This document shows positions 28,156-38,614 of a stretch of DNA of 64,000 nucleotides, piece after piece. The stretch is from Alphaproteobacteria bacterium GWF2_58_20 (GTDB taxonomy: Bacteria; Pseudomonadota; Alphaproteobacteria; UBA1247). The notes under the pieces are model-generated. The model did not search any database, was not told where the DNA came from, and was given only the letters and a program-made list of their open reading frames with translations. Made by a program: the position numbers and the translations under genes. Within the stretch, counting starts at the first letter, position 1; each line of letters opens with the position of its first letter. Location of the stretch: NCBI GenBank assembly GCA_001768735.1, contig MEMB01000002.1, forward strand, positions 699,031 through 763,030, written 5' to 3'.

Positions 28156-30804
28156 TCAGGAAAGCCTGCCTTCAATCGCCTCAATGGCCTTGCCGGCATC
28201 GCCCGCGTTCGGGCCACCCGCCTGCGCCATGTCTGGACGCCCGCCGCCCCCCGTGCCGCCCAGCGCTTCCGACCCGGCCTTTACCAGATCCACCGCGCTA
28301 AAACGTGCCGTCAGGTCAGGCGTCACCGCCACCACCAGCGAGGCCTTGCCTTCGGAAACCGCAACCAGCGCCACAACGCCGGAACCGATTTTCGCCTTCA
28401 GTTCGTCCGCCATGGGTTTGAGATCCTTGGCGGAAACGCCTTCCAGCACTTCGCCGACAAAGGACACATTCCCCACCTTGCGTGACGCAGGCCCGGACGC
28501 ACCGCCCGTAGCTGCCTTGCGTCGCAGGTCAGCGTTTTCCATGGTGAGCTTTTTCTTCTCGTCCATGAGGCCAGCAACCCGCGCAACCGCTTCCGCAGGG
28601 GAGGTCTTGAGCAGGCCCGCAACCCTTTCAAGCTGGCCATTGCGCTGCGTCAACCAATCAAATGCGCCAGCGCCCGTGACCGCTTCAATGCGCCGCACGC
28701 CCGCCGCCACAGCCGTTTCCGCAACAATCTTCATCAGGCCGATATCGCCTGTGCGCCGCACATGCGTGCCGCCGCAGAGTTCGATGGAATAGCTGCCGCG
28801 CTCCTTCAGCGTTTCATCCTTGCCGCCCATGGCGACCACCCGCACCTCATCGCCATATTTTTCACCAAAAAGGGCCATGGCCCCCATCTTCATGGCATCC
28901 TCCGGAGACATCAGCGTGGTGCAGACATCCGCATTTTCCCGAATGCGATGGTTCACCTCACGCTCGACAAAGGCGATATCCTCTTCCGTCAGGGCCTTTT
29001 GGTGCGAAAAGTCAAACCGCAGGCGGTCTGGCCCAACGCTTGATCCCTTCTGGGCCACGTGCCCGCCAAGACGGGCTTGCAGCGCCCTCTGGATAAGGTG
29101 GGTGGCCGAATGGTTGGCACGGATTGCCCGACGGCGCTCGCCATCCACATGCAGGGAAATGGCATCCCCAACGGAAACCTCCCCCTTCACCACCTTGCCC
29201 ACATGCACATGCAGGCAACCCAGCTTCTTGAGGGTATCAGAAACGACAATTTCCGCCGCTTTTTCAGTTGAAATGGTGCCAGTGTCACCCATCTGGCCGC
29301 CGGATTCCCCGTAAAACGGGGTCTGGTTGGCAACCAGCAGGATCTCGTCCCCCGCCTTGGCCGAAGCCACTTCCTTGCCATCCACCAGCAGGGCTTTCAC
29401 CACGCCTTCGGCATCTTCGGCATCATAGCCGAAGAACTCGGTCGCACCCGCCTTTTCATGAATGCCAAACCACACAACTTCGGTGGCCATTTCGCCAGAC
29501 CCCGTCCACGCCTTGCGCGCATCCTCGCGCTGGCGCTCCATCAGCGCCTCGAACCCGGCCACATCTACCGGGCGCTTTTCAGCCTTGAGGACATCCTGCG
29601 TGAGGTCGAGCGGGAAACCATAGGTATCATAGAGCTTGAAGGCCACGGCACCCGGCAGCGCCTGCCCAGCCCCTAGCCTGCCCGTTTCATCCTCCAGCAT
29701 CTTGAGCCCGCGATCCAGCGTCTGCCGGAAACGGGTTTCCTCAAGCTTGAGGGTTTCCACCACCAGCGCTTCCGCACGCCGCAGCTCGGGATAGGCATTG
29801 CCCATAACGCTGGTCAGGGCTGGCACAAGGCGGTGCATCAGGGGCTCTTTCGCCCCCAGCATGTGAGCATGGCGCATGGCACGGCGCATGATGCGGCGCA
29901 GAACGTAACCACGCCCCTCGTTGGATGGCAGCACACCATCGGAGATCAGGAAAGCTGACGAACGCAGGTGATCGGCAATCACGCGGTGGGAAACCTTTTG
30001 CGCACCATCGGCATCCACGCCCGTAATGTCGGCACTCGCCAAAATCAGGCTGCGCAGGATATCGGTGTCGAAATTGTCATGCTTGCCCTGCAGGACGGCC
30101 GCCAGACGCTCCAGCCCCATGCCCGTGTCGATTGACGGCTTGGGCAGGTTCACGCGGTTGTCCGGGGCCAGCTGCTCATATTGCATGAACACCAGATTCC
30201 ATATCTCGATAAAACGGTCCCCATCCTCATCCGGGGATCCCGGAGGGCCACCTGCAAACTGCTCGCCATGGTCAAAAAAGATTTCCGAACACGGTCCGCA
30301 CGGCCCCGTATCACCCATCGACCAGAAATTGTCGGAGGTCGGGATGCGGATGATTTTTGAATCCGGCAGGCCCGCAATCTTCTTCCACAGGCCATAGGCT
30401 TCTTCATCTTCGGAATAGACCGTAGCCAGAAGGCGATCCTTCGGCAGGCCGTATTCCCTGGTGATCAGTCGCCAGGCGAAATCAATCGCTTCGGCCTTGA
30501 AATAATCGCCAAAAGAGAAATTGCCCAGCATCTCGAAAAAGGTATGGTGGCGCGAAGTATGCCCCACATTCTCAAGGTCATTGTGCTTGCCGCCGGCACG
30601 CACACATTTCTGCGCCGTGGTCGCTCGCGTGTAAGCCCGCTTTTCCTGCCCCGTGAACACATTCTTGAACTGCACCATGCCCGCCGTGGTGAACATCAGC
30701 GTGGGATCATTGCGCGGCACAAGTGGCGATGATTCAATAACGGCGTGTCCCTCGCTCCCGAAAAAGTCGAGGAAGGTTTTGCGGATGTCGTTCGAGCTGA
30801 CCAT
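28156..30804 (-). CDS. alaS: alanine--tRNA ligase
   Basis: The start was set at [20 protein letters not shown] (882 aa). Editing-domain HxxxH motifs and a C-terminal DHHA1 domain are present. Confidence 0.9.
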   Translation of the reverse strand: MVSSNDIRKTFLDFFGSEGHAVIESSPLVPRNDPTLMFTTAGMVQFKNVFTGQEKRAYTRATTAQKCVRAGGKHNDLENVGHTSRHHTFFEMLGNFSFGDYFKAEAIDFAWRLITREYGLPKDRLLATVYSEDEEAYGLWKKIAGLPDSKIIRIPTSDNFWSMGDTGPCGPCSEIFFDHGEQFAGGPPGSPDEDGDRFIEIWNLVFMQYEQLAPDNRVNLPKPSIDTGMGLERLAAVLQGKHDNFDTDILRSLILASADITGVDADGAQKVSHRVIADHLRSSAFLISDGVLPSNEGRGYVLRRIMRRAMRHAHMLGAKEPLMHRLVPALTSVMGNAYPELRRAEALVVETLKLEETRFRQTLDRGLKMLEDETGRLGAGQALPGAVAFKLYDTYGFPLDLTQDVLKAEKRPVDVAGFEALMERQREDARKAWTGSGEMATEVVWFGIHEKAGATEFFGYDAEDAEGVVKALLVDGKEVASAKAGDEILLVANQTPFYGESGGQMGDTGTISTEKAAEIVVSDTLKKLGCLHVHVGKVVKGEVSVGDAISLHVDGERRRAIRANHSATHLIQRALQARLGGHVAQKGSSVGPDRLRFDFSHQKALTEEDIAFVEREVNHRIRENADVCTTLMSPEDAMKMGAMALFGEKYGDEVRVVAMGGKDETLKERGSYSIELCGGTHVRRTGDIGLMKIVAETAVAAGVRRIEAVTGAGAFDWLTQRNGQLERVAGLLKTSPAEAVARVAGLMDEKKKLTMENADLRRKAATGGASGPASRKVGNVSFVGEVLEGVSAKDLKPMADELKAKIGSGVVALVAVSEGKASLVVAVTPDLTARFSAVDLVKAGSEALGGTGGGGRPDMAQAGGPNAGDAGKAIEAIEGRLS

Positions 30805-30950
30805 TTTTCGCCCCATTCTGGCATATGAAAAACAACAAGGAGGCTGTTTTAGCCTCCCTGTTGCCTCTTGGCAAGAGTGCGCAACGCACCCCCGCATTTT
30901 TTCACCCCTTCGGCTTCCCTATTTGGATGGAAGGCAAAAGGCGCCCCCGG

Positions 30951-31985
30951 TCATTCATCGCCACCGGAATCCTTGCCGGAATCCATCAGTACATGCGAAA
31001 CCGTAGCCGCATTGGCGCGGATCTTCGCCTCGATGGCTTCCGCCACCGCAGGGTTTTCCTTGAGATATGTCTTGGCATTCTCCCGGCCCTGCCCAATGTG
31101 CTGGTTGTCATAGGAAAACCAGGCACCCGATTTCTCGACAATGCCGGCCGCAACGCCAAGATCGATGATTTCTCCGTTGCGGGATACGCCTTCACCAAAC
31201 ATGATATCGAACACCACAACCCGGAACGGGGGCGCCAGCTTGTTCTTCACCACCTTCACCTTGGTCTGGTTGCCCAGCGCATTTTCCTTGTCCTTGATGG
31301 ACTGCATCCGGCGGATATCAAGGCGGATGGAAGCATAAAACTTGAGTGCGTTTCCGCCCGTGGTGGTTTCCGGATTGCCAAACATGATACCAATCTTCAT
31401 GCGCATCTGGTTGATGAAAATGACACAGGTGCGCGAACGTGAAATGGAAGATGTCAGCTTGCGGAGGGCCTGGCTCATGAGGCGCGCCTGCAGACCCACA
31501 TGGGAATCTCCCATCTCGCCCTCAAGCTCGGCCTTTGGCACCAGGGCCGCCACGCTATCCACCACCAGGACGTCAAGCGCCCCGGAACGCACCAGCGTAT
31601 CCACAATTTCCAGCGCCTGCTCGCCCGAATCCGGCTGGGAAATCAGCAGGTCATCCAGCTTGACGCCCAGCTTGGCGGCATAAGAGGGATCCAGCGCATG
31701 CTCGGCATCAATGAAGGCGCACGCCCCCCCTGATTTCTGAGCCGACGCAATGGCATGCAATGCCATTGTGGTCTTGCCCGAGCTTTCCGGCCCATAGATT
31801 TCCACAATGCGGCCCCGCGGAAGGCCGCCGATACCCAGCGCCATGTCAAGCCCAAGCGAGCCGGTGGAGATGACATCCCCTTCCGAAAAGGCGGGACGTT
31901 CCCCAAGCTTCATGATGGATCCCTTGCCAAAGGCTTTTTCGATCTGGCTGAGGGCGGCTTCAAGGGCTTTCTGCTTGTTGTCCAT
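30951..31985 (-). CDS. recA: recombinase RecA
   Basis: Walker [10 protein letters not shown], followed by [10 protein letters not shown]. Confidence 0.95.
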   Translation of the reverse strand: MDNKQKALEAALSQIEKAFGKGSIMKLGERPAFSEGDVISTGSLGLDMALGIGGLPRGRIVEIYGPESSGKTTMALHAIASAQKSGGACAFIDAEHALDPSYAAKLGVKLDDLLISQPDSGEQALEIVDTLVRSGALDVLVVDSVAALVPKAELEGEMGDSHVGLQARLMSQALRKLTSSISRSRTCVIFINQMRMKIGIMFGNPETTTGGNALKFYASIRLDIRRMQSIKDKENALGNQTKVKVVKNKLAPPFRVVVFDIMFGEGVSRNGEIIDLGVAAGIVEKSGAWFSYDNQHIGQGRENAKTYLKENPAVAEAIEAKIRANAATVSHVLMDSGKDSGGDE

Positions 31986-32099
31986 ATGTCATGGCTCCAT
32001 GTCTGAACACTACGTTAGTCCGGTTGTAACACCTTGTGCATCCCCCCGCAAGACCTTTTTGAACAAAAAGGGAACATCTGGGAAAACCAGAGGGGAAAA

Positions 32100-34577
32100 T
32101 CAGGCTTTTCCGGACAGGACTTCCTTGACCTTTTCCGCAAGCCCCTTGAGGGTGAACGGTTTTTGCAACAGCACCACCCCGCGCCCCATGTCCGGATGGC
32201 TGCGGAATTTTTCTTCCGCATATCCTGTCATGCAGATAATGCGCACATCGGGCTGGATCTGCCTCAGGCGCGCAATCAGCGTCGGACCATCCATCATGGG
32301 CATCACCACGTCGGTGATCAGGAGGTCGATATGACCAAGGCCGCCTTCCACCATATCGAGTGCACACACCCCGTTTTCCGCCTCATGCACCTCATATCCC
32401 TTGCTGCGCAGGGCGCGGGCCGTAAACGCGCGAACAGGATCCTCATCCTCAACCACCAGAATGCGGCCCGTGCCCGTAAGGTCAAGAGCCTTGCCATCAG
32501 ACACCAAGGGCACAGGCAGTTCTGCCGGCCCCGAATATTCCGGCAGGAGGATGGTGAAAAAAGTGCCATGGTCAACTTCGCTGTGGACGGTCACATAACC
32601 GCCCGTCTGGCGCACAATGCCATACACCGTGGCAAGGCCGAGACCGGTTCCTGCCCCCTGTTGCTTGGTGGTAAAAAACGGTTCAAAAATGCGCACAAGG
32701 TTTTCCTGTGGAATCCCGACGCCGGTATCCGACACCTCAAGACAAACCCAGCGGCCAGAGGGAATTTCCTCACCATTGCGCAAAAGGGTCATCTCATTGG
32801 CCAGGTTGAATGTACGGATGGTGATGCGTCCGCCATTCTCCGGCATGGCATCGCGCGCATTCACCACCAGGTTGATGAGCACCTGTTCCAGCTGGCCAGG
32901 ATCACACCGCACCAAGCCTATATCACGTCCATGCTCAATGGCGAGTTCAATATGCTCGCCAATCAGCCGCCGCAGCAGGTGAACGAAATCCGCCAGAACG
33001 TCTGTGACGCTCAAAACCCGGGTTTGCAAGGTCTGCTGGCGACTGAAAGCCAGGAGCTGGCGCACAAGGTTGGCCGCACGGTTGGCGTTCTGCTTGATCT
33101 GCATCAGGTCGGCAAAAGATGAATCTCCCGGTTTATGGCGCAGCATCAGCAGGTCGCAGAAACCGATCATGGCCGTAAGCAGGTTGTTGAAATCATGTGC
33201 AATCCCGCCAGCAAGCAAGCCAACCGCCTGCATCTTCTGGGATTGCACCACCTGGTTTTCCAGCCGGTCCTGTTCCGTGACATCCATGGCCCACAAAATG
33301 GTTTCAGAATGTCTCTCAACGTCCTCCAGGATGCGTTTCTTGGCAAAAAGCTGGACAACAGCCTCATCCCCCGGCGTTTTCCGTACCTTGATTTCCATGG
33401 GCGCACAGGCAAAGGCATCCTCACCGGCTTCTTCCAGCCAACGCCGTAGTTCCGGCATGTTTTCATCCGGGAACACCGACGTCACCTTCTGCCCGACAAT
33501 TTCCCCGACCGACCGGCCCCAGATACGCGCCAGCGCCCGGTTGCATTCCGTAATCGTCTCGTCAAGATCAATGGCCGCAATACCTGCCGGAGCATCGTCA
33601 AAATAGCGCTGGAAACGAAGTTCCGACTGGCGCAGCGCCTTTTTCCAGCGCCGCTCGGCAGAAAGGTCGCGCACAACCGAACGTGTCCGCAGCATTTGTC
33701 CCGACGCATCCCGCACCAGGGTATGCGTAATGGAGGCGCTGAAAATCTCGCCATCACCACGCCTCAGGCCCACATCGCCAATCTGGTGGTCGCCACCACC
33801 ATCCACAATGTCATGCGGTTCGCCGCCTGGCGGCAAGGAAACCAGCACGTCGGCCAATTTCATCCGCCGGGCCAGCATGTCCTGCGCTTCATACCCCAGC
33901 CATCCGGCAAAGGTCAGGTTTACAAAAAGAAAGTGTCCATCCGCCCCAACCGAAAAGAACCCGACCGGCGCATTGTCCATCATGTCCACGAGCTTTTCAC
34001 GCTCGCTGCGCACCACTTCCTCAATCTCGTGCGCGGCCGTGATGTCCTGGATACGCCAGTTCAGGTGACCATCCCAGCCAGAAACAGCCACGGCGCTCAC
34101 CAGGTACCAGGATGTCTTCCCATCACGATGCACCGCCATTTCCACAGGAGGAACGCGACGATAGGGGGCTTCCGTCGCCAAGCGTCCCAAAACCTCATGT
34201 CCGGGATCCGCATCGGAAAAAAAGGCAAATACCCCCTTGAGAGAAACATCGCATCCGGCCCCCCGCAAAAGATCGCGGCACAGGGCGTTGGCATAAACCG
34301 ACCGCCCCCCCTCGCCGGCAATCATGCGGGCAGAAGTGGAACTTTCCAGGACACCAAAGGCAATCGCGCCCCGCTGGTTATAGAGAATCGCCGTGCGGTA
34401 TTTCTGCCAAGCAATGAGAATGCCCGCAAGAATCGTGCTGACAAGGGCCAGCACCAACACCAGGTTATGCATGAAGTTCTGGCTGCTGAAAAATGCGACA
34501 ACCAGCAGCACGAAAGACAGCAGAAGCCATATGGAAACCGCCGTTTCAACAAATTTTTCCCGGTTCTTCATGTTCAC
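32100..34577 (-). CDS. cckA: hybrid sensor histidine kinase / response regulator with 2 TM and PAS domains (CckA-like)
   Basis: H-box IAHDFNNLLTAMIGFCDLL, HATPase N and G boxes, and a C-terminal receiver (ILVVEDEDPVR...DLLITDVVMP). The gene lies immediately downstream of flhB with a 4-nt overlap, as cckA does in Caulobacter. Confidence 0.6.
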   Translation of the reverse strand: MNMKNREKFVETAVSIWLLLSFVLLVVAFFSSQNFMHNLVLVLALVSTILAGILIAWQKYRTAILYNQRGAIAFGVLESSTSARMIAGEGGRSVYANALCRDLLRGAGCDVSLKGVFAFFSDADPGHEVLGRLATEAPYRRVPPVEMAVHRDGKTSWYLVSAVAVSGWDGHLNWRIQDITAAHEIEEVVRSEREKLVDMMDNAPVGFFSVGADGHFLFVNLTFAGWLGYEAQDMLARRMKLADVLVSLPPGGEPHDIVDGGGDHQIGDVGLRRGDGEIFSASITHTLVRDASGQMLRTRSVVRDLSAERRWKKALRQSELRFQRYFDDAPAGIAAIDLDETITECNRALARIWGRSVGEIVGQKVTSVFPDENMPELRRWLEEAGEDAFACAPMEIKVRKTPGDEAVVQLFAKKRILEDVERHSETILWAMDVTEQDRLENQVVQSQKMQAVGLLAGGIAHDFNNLLTAMIGFCDLLMLRHKPGDSSFADLMQIKQNANRAANLVRQLLAFSRQQTLQTRVLSVTDVLADFVHLLRRLIGEHIELAIEHGRDIGLVRCDPGQLEQVLINLVVNARDAMPENGGRITIRTFNLANEMTLLRNGEEIPSGRWVCLEVSDTGVGIPQENLVRIFEPFFTTKQQGAGTGLGLATVYGIVRQTGGYVTVHSEVDHGTFFTILLPEYSGPAELPVPLVSDGKALDLTGTGRILVVEDEDPVRAFTARALRSKGYEVHEAENGVCALDMVEGGLGHIDLLITDVVMPMMDGPTLIARLRQIQPDVRIICMTGYAEEKFRSHPDMGRGVVLLQKPFTLKGLAEKVKEVLSGKA

Positions 34578-35650
34578 GCGAGTTTCCTGCCCTTCAACCT
34601 GAAGACAAACGAAATGACTTCCGCCACCGCCTTGTAATGCTCGACCGGGATCGGTTCGTCAACCTCAACATTTTTATAAAGCAGCCGGGCCAGGGGAGGA
34701 TTTTCCACCACAGAGACACCGTTTTCCTCGGCCACCTGCCTGATCCTGAGGGCTACGGAATCGGTTCCCTTGGCAAGACAGACAGGCGCAGCCATGCTTT
34801 GCGGTTCATATTGCAGGGCAATGGCAAAATGGGTTGGGTTGACAATCACCACATCCGCTTTTGGCACCTGCTGGATCATGCGTTGCCGCGCCCTTTGCAT
34901 GCGCAGTTGCCGGAAACGCATCTTGATGATGGGATCGCCTTCCGTCTCCTTGTATTCATCCCGGATTTCCTGCCGGCTCATCCTGAGTGATTTCATGTGG
35001 CTCAGGCGCTGGAACAAAAGATCGACCGCAGCCACCAGCGCCATGACCCCGAGAACGCCGGAAACCAGCTTGAGGGAAAGCCGCCGGATATCCATCAGCA
35101 CAACGTCCGGAAGGAGCCCGACAAAATGCTCAAACGTCCCAAGCGCTGGCACCACCATCATCAGCGCCACGGCTCCCACGATGGAAAGCTTTGCCAGGCT
35201 TTTGAGAAAATCCACGACACTGCGGGACGAAAACATGCGTTTCATTCCGCCCATGGGCGAAATCTTCTCAAGCTTGAACCCAAGTTTGTCAGGCGACCAC
35301 AGGATTCCAGCCTGCCCCACATTTCCCAAAATTCCAAGGACCATGAGCAATGCAATCGGCGCAACCAGGATGCCCCCCACCAGGAGCAGCGCCCGTTTCA
35401 GCGCAAATCCGGCAACCGATGCATCCACCGGAACCGCTCCGGCACCGGACAGATATCCCGAAAGCCCAGCCGCCAGATCCCGTCCACCCTGCGGCGCCAT
35501 GCTCTGAATGATGACGGCAATACCCAGAATCCCCAGCCAGTGGACAATTTCGCGACTGATCGCAACCTGTCCCTTGGCACGCGCATCATCCATGCGTTTT
35601 TGCGTAGGTTCTTCATTCCGTTCGGCATCATCATCCCTTTCCCCGCCCAC
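34574..35650 (-). CDS. flhB: flagellar biosynthesis protein FlhB
   Basis: The NPTH autocleavage motif (NPTHFAIALQYEP) is present. Confidence 0.9.
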   Translation of the reverse strand: MGGERDDDAERNEEPTQKRMDDARAKGQVAISREIVHWLGILGIAVIIQSMAPQGGRDLAAGLSGYLSGAGAVPVDASVAGFALKRALLLVGGILVAPIALLMVLGILGNVGQAGILWSPDKLGFKLEKISPMGGMKRMFSSRSVVDFLKSLAKLSIVGAVALMMVVPALGTFEHFVGLLPDVVLMDIRRLSLKLVSGVLGVMALVAAVDLLFQRLSHMKSLRMSRQEIRDEYKETEGDPIIKMRFRQLRMQRARQRMIQQVPKADVVIVNPTHFAIALQYEPQSMAAPVCLAKGTDSVALRIRQVAEENGVSVVENPPLARLLYKNVEVDEPIPVEHYKAVAEVISFVFRLKGRKLA

Positions 35651-35653
35651 GGC

Positions 35654-36427
35654 TCACCCCAAGAACACGGTTGAGAGCATGTCTTCCATCTGGACAAGCC
35701 AGAAGGACAGGATGGCCGAAATGGAAAAGGCCAGCATGAGGATCCCCAGCCCCACCTGTGCAGGCGTCGCCATGAAGAAGATCTGGAGTTGGGGCATCAG
35801 TCGGTTGAGAAGTCCCATCCCCAGCTGCAGGACAAATCCGACAACCAGAAAGGGCGCCCCCAGCTCAACCCCCATCAGGAAAGCCTTCGCCGCCATGTCA
35901 ACGACAAGTTTCCCCATGTCGCCCACCGGAAGGGAAAAACCGGCCGGCAGCATGTTGTAACTTTCAATCACGCCCCGGATCAGCATGTGATGCATGCCGC
36001 TGACAAAAAGGATGACAACCCCTGCCACGGAAAGCAGTGCGCCCGCCAGCGAACCCTGCGTTGCCATTTGTGGATTGAAGATGGCGGCATTGGCAAGCCC
36101 CATCTGGTAGGAAATGATCGCCCCCGCATTTTCCAGCGCCGACATCATCATGCGGACAACAAGCCCTGCAAAAAGGCCCTTCGCCACCTCAAGCATCATG
36201 AACAGGAGAATCGCCGCTGGATCTGTCGGCAGCGGCCCCAGGACAGGTACCAGCGCCGGGGCGAGGACAAAGGACAGCATGATGGCAAAAAGCAGGCGCG
36301 CCTGCGCGGGCGACATGAGGTCGCCAAAACCGGGCATGACCATGATGGCGGAACCAACCCGGCAAAAGACGGCAAACGTCCCCAGAACGCCGCCCACAAG
36401 CCAATCGGAAAGGTTCAGTGTCATCAT
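35654..36427 (-). CDS. fliR: flagellar biosynthesis protein FliR
   Basis: Polytopic membrane protein. The start was trimmed to MMTLNLSD so that it does not overlap fliQ. Confidence 0.8.
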   Translation of the reverse strand: MMTLNLSDWLVGGVLGTFAVFCRVGSAIMVMPGFGDLMSPAQARLLFAIMLSFVLAPALVPVLGPLPTDPAAILLFMMLEVAKGLFAGLVVRMMMSALENAGAIISYQMGLANAAIFNPQMATQGSLAGALLSVAGVVILFVSGMHHMLIRGVIESYNMLPAGFSLPVGDMGKLVVDMAAKAFLMGVELGAPFLVVGFVLQLGMGLLNRLMPQLQIFFMATPAQVGLGILMLAFSISAILSFWLVQMEDMLSTVFLG

Positions 36428-36434
36428 GACGGGG

Positions 36435-36701
36435 TCACCCGCCCGTGGCAATGCGTTCGGCAAGCCCCTGCATGAAATTTGTCAGGCTGGAAACCATGAA
36501 AGGCATGAAAACCACAAGCGAAACCAGAATGGCCACCAGTTTTGGAATGAAGGTGAGCGAGGTTTCCTGGATTTGCGTCAGCGCCTGGAACAGGGCAACG
36601 ATGAGACCAACGGAAAGACCAACAAGAAGCGGCGGCCCAGCAACCATGAAGACCACCATCACCGCCTCACGGCAAACGTCAAGGATGGCCGCCTGATCCA
36701 T
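36435..36701 (-). CDS. fliQ: flagellar biosynthesis protein FliQ
   Basis: 88 aa, two TM helices. EAVMVVFMVAGPPLLVGLSVGLIVALFQALTQIQE is the FliQ consensus. Confidence 0.9.
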   Translation of the reverse strand: MDQAAILDVCREAVMVVFMVAGPPLLVGLSVGLIVALFQALTQIQETSLTFIPKLVAILVSLVVFMPFMVSSLTNFMQGLAERIATGG

Positions 36702-37003
36702 CAGATCGACATCCGCATGATTTCCTGGTAGGCCGAAACCACCTTGTCGCGCACGGCCACAACCGCATCAAGGGCCAGTTCGGCATTGTTGATGGCGGTG
36801 ACCACCTCGGCCACGTCGGCCTTTCCGGAAACCGCCTGAAGGGTGGCGTCCTGCGCCTGCGCCTGGGTTTCGGTCACATGTTGCATGGCGGCTTTCACAA
36901 GGCCAGAGAAACTTCCCCCTTCCGTGCGGGCATCCATACCCTTGCCGGACAGGGCCGAAGTGCCTGCATATGCTTGTGTTGCCGAGCCAATATTGAGTGT
37001 CAT
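36701..37003 (-). CDS. fliE: flagellar hook-basal body protein FliE
   Basis: 100 aa. The C-terminus VRDKVVSAYQEIMRMSI is FliE-like. Confidence 0.75.
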   Translation of the reverse strand: MTLNIGSATQAYAGTSALSGKGMDARTEGGSFSGLVKAAMQHVTETQAQAQDATLQAVSGKADVAEVVTAINNAELALDAVVAVRDKVVSAYQEIMRMSI

Positions 37004-37015
37004 TTCAGGAAATCC

Positions 37016-37423
37016 TTACTTCAGGAGGTCGATGGTTTTCTGGAGCATGGCCTTGCTCGCTTCCATCATGGTGAGGTTTGCCTCATACGAACGCTGGGCG
37101 TCACGCATGTCCATCACCTCGATCAGCGGATTGACATTGGGCGTACGCACAAATCCTTCCGAATTCGCGGATGGATTGCCAGGATCGTATTTTGTGGGAA
37201 AATCCGACTTGTCCCCAAGGATGCCGCTCACCGCAACCCCCTTGATGCCACTGTCCTCATCCACCATCTGTTTGAAAGCCACAATTTTGCGGCGGTAAGG
37301 ATCCGCTCCATCCGAACCCGAAACCGTGTTCGCGTTTGCGAGGTTTTCCGCAATCACCTTCATGCGGGCATCCTGCGCCTTGAGGCCCAGGGTCGAAAGT
37401 GTAAACGCCTTGCCGAGTTCCAT
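37016..37423 (-). CDS. flgC: flagellar basal-body rod protein FlgC
   Basis: The N-terminus has NLANANT and the C-terminus has DMRDAQRSYEANL. Confidence 0.9.
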   Translation of the reverse strand: MELGKAFTLSTLGLKAQDARMKVIAENLANANTVSGSDGADPYRRKIVAFKQMVDEDSGIKGVAVSGILGDKSDFPTKYDPGNPSANSEGFVRTPNVNPLIEVMDMRDAQRSYEANLTMMEASKAMLQKTIDLLK

Positions 37424-37433
37424 CGCCTATTCC

Positions 37434-37796
37434 TTACTGCCCGCCGCGGCCCAGTGCCGTTTTAAGCATGCTCATGTGTTTCCTGTAAAGATTCGTCATC
37501 AGCTGGTAATCCACCGCCGTTTCCGAAACCTTGGCCATCTGCTCCTCAAGGAGGACAGCCTTGCCCTTTTCCACAACCTTGACCGTTACGGAACCTTGCC
37601 CCCCAGAAGGCTGGATATGCCCCGGCTGCGTCGCGGCCATGCGCCCCGCAGATGAAAGCGCTGCATGAAAATCCTCCGCAGCAAGATCCTGCGGACGGTA
37701 GTTCGGCGTATCTGAATTGGCAACATTCTGCGCCAGGATTTTCTGGCGCTCTGCAAGCCAAGCCATTTTCTGGCCCATGGCCCTGAAAACGTCCAT
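37434..37796 (-). CDS. flgB: flagellar basal-body rod protein FlgB
   Basis: QNVANSDTPNYRP. Confidence 0.85.
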   Translation of the reverse strand: MDVFRAMGQKMAWLAERQKILAQNVANSDTPNYRPQDLAAEDFHAALSSAGRMAATQPGHIQPSGGQGSVTVKVVEKGKAVLLEEQMAKVSETAVDYQLMTNLYRKHMSMLKTALGRGGQ

Positions 37797-37850
37797 GCAT
37801 CATCTCCGGAATATTATTGCGACATCCGGCAGCATCATTACGAGCGGTTA

Positions 37851-37867
37851 ACAAAAAGTCAACACCC
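37851..37867. promoter_or_regulatory. near-consensus CtrA-box-like element (TTAA-N7-TCAAC) in the divergent region
   Basis: ggTTAACaaaaagTCAACac lies 55 nt upstream of flgB and matches 8 of 9 positions of the TTAA-N7-TTAAC consensus. Confidence 0.25.
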
Positions 37868-38069
37868 CGGCAAAATTTTCCTATCTTTTTTTGCTTGACC
37901 TCATCCTGAAAAAGTTCCAGCCTGTTCCTGCATCCGGTTGCCCCCAGGGCTTATGGGCAAGGATGTGGAAGTCGGCCAGCCAGCCGGGACAATGGAACAA
38001 GACGTTCCCCATGCCCCCAAAGCCACGTCAACTTTCCCTGCCAACAGCCAGCTTTGGGAGATATTCCTC

Positions 38070-38603
38070 ATGCACAAACACGGCCTTGCCGTCATGCGCT
38101 GCCAGCCCTTTCATGTGGGACACAACCGCATCATCGCACGCATGCTCGATGAATGCGAACATGTCACCATCGTGATCGGCTCCATCCAGGAACGCGGCAC
38201 CGCCCGCAACCCCTTCTCCTATACCGTCCGCAAGAAGATGATCCAGAATGTCTGGCGGAACCACCCGCGCTATGGCGACATCCGCATCATGGGGCTGCAG
38301 GACATCAACAATCCCGGCGAATGGGCGCAATATGTCATAGATTTCGTCAATGAAAACAGTTCTTTCCCTGACAAGGTGGACGCCTATTATTGCGGCTCCG
38401 ATTATGATGGCCACTGGTTCCGGTCCCAGAAAATTTCCCTTGAGCTGGTCAACCGCGTAGATCTGGAGCACCCTTTTGTCAGCGCCAGCATGGTGCGGGA
38501 AATGCTGACCTACAACGATCCACGGTGGAAGGATTTCGTGCCGGAAGAAAACCACCCCCTCATCGAACAGGAACGCACCAAACAGGCCGACGGCATCATA
38601 TAA
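38070..38603 (+). CDS. cytidylyltransferase-fold nucleotidyltransferase, probably a NadM-type nicotinamide-nucleotide adenylyltransferase
   Basis: VMRCQPFHVGHNRIIARM carries the HxGH motif. The start was moved to the Met at 38070, which has a GGGAG RBS. The gene is adjacent to pncB. Confidence 0.55.
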   Translation: MHKHGLAVMRCQPFHVGHNRIIARMLDECEHVTIVIGSIQERGTARNPFSYTVRKKMIQNVWRNHPRYGDIRIMGLQDINNPGEWAQYVIDFVNENSSFPDKVDAYYCGSDYDGHWFRSQKISLELVNRVDLEHPFVSASMVREMLTYNDPRWKDFVPEENHPLIEQERTKQADGII

Positions 38604-38614
38604 GGACAGCTCCC

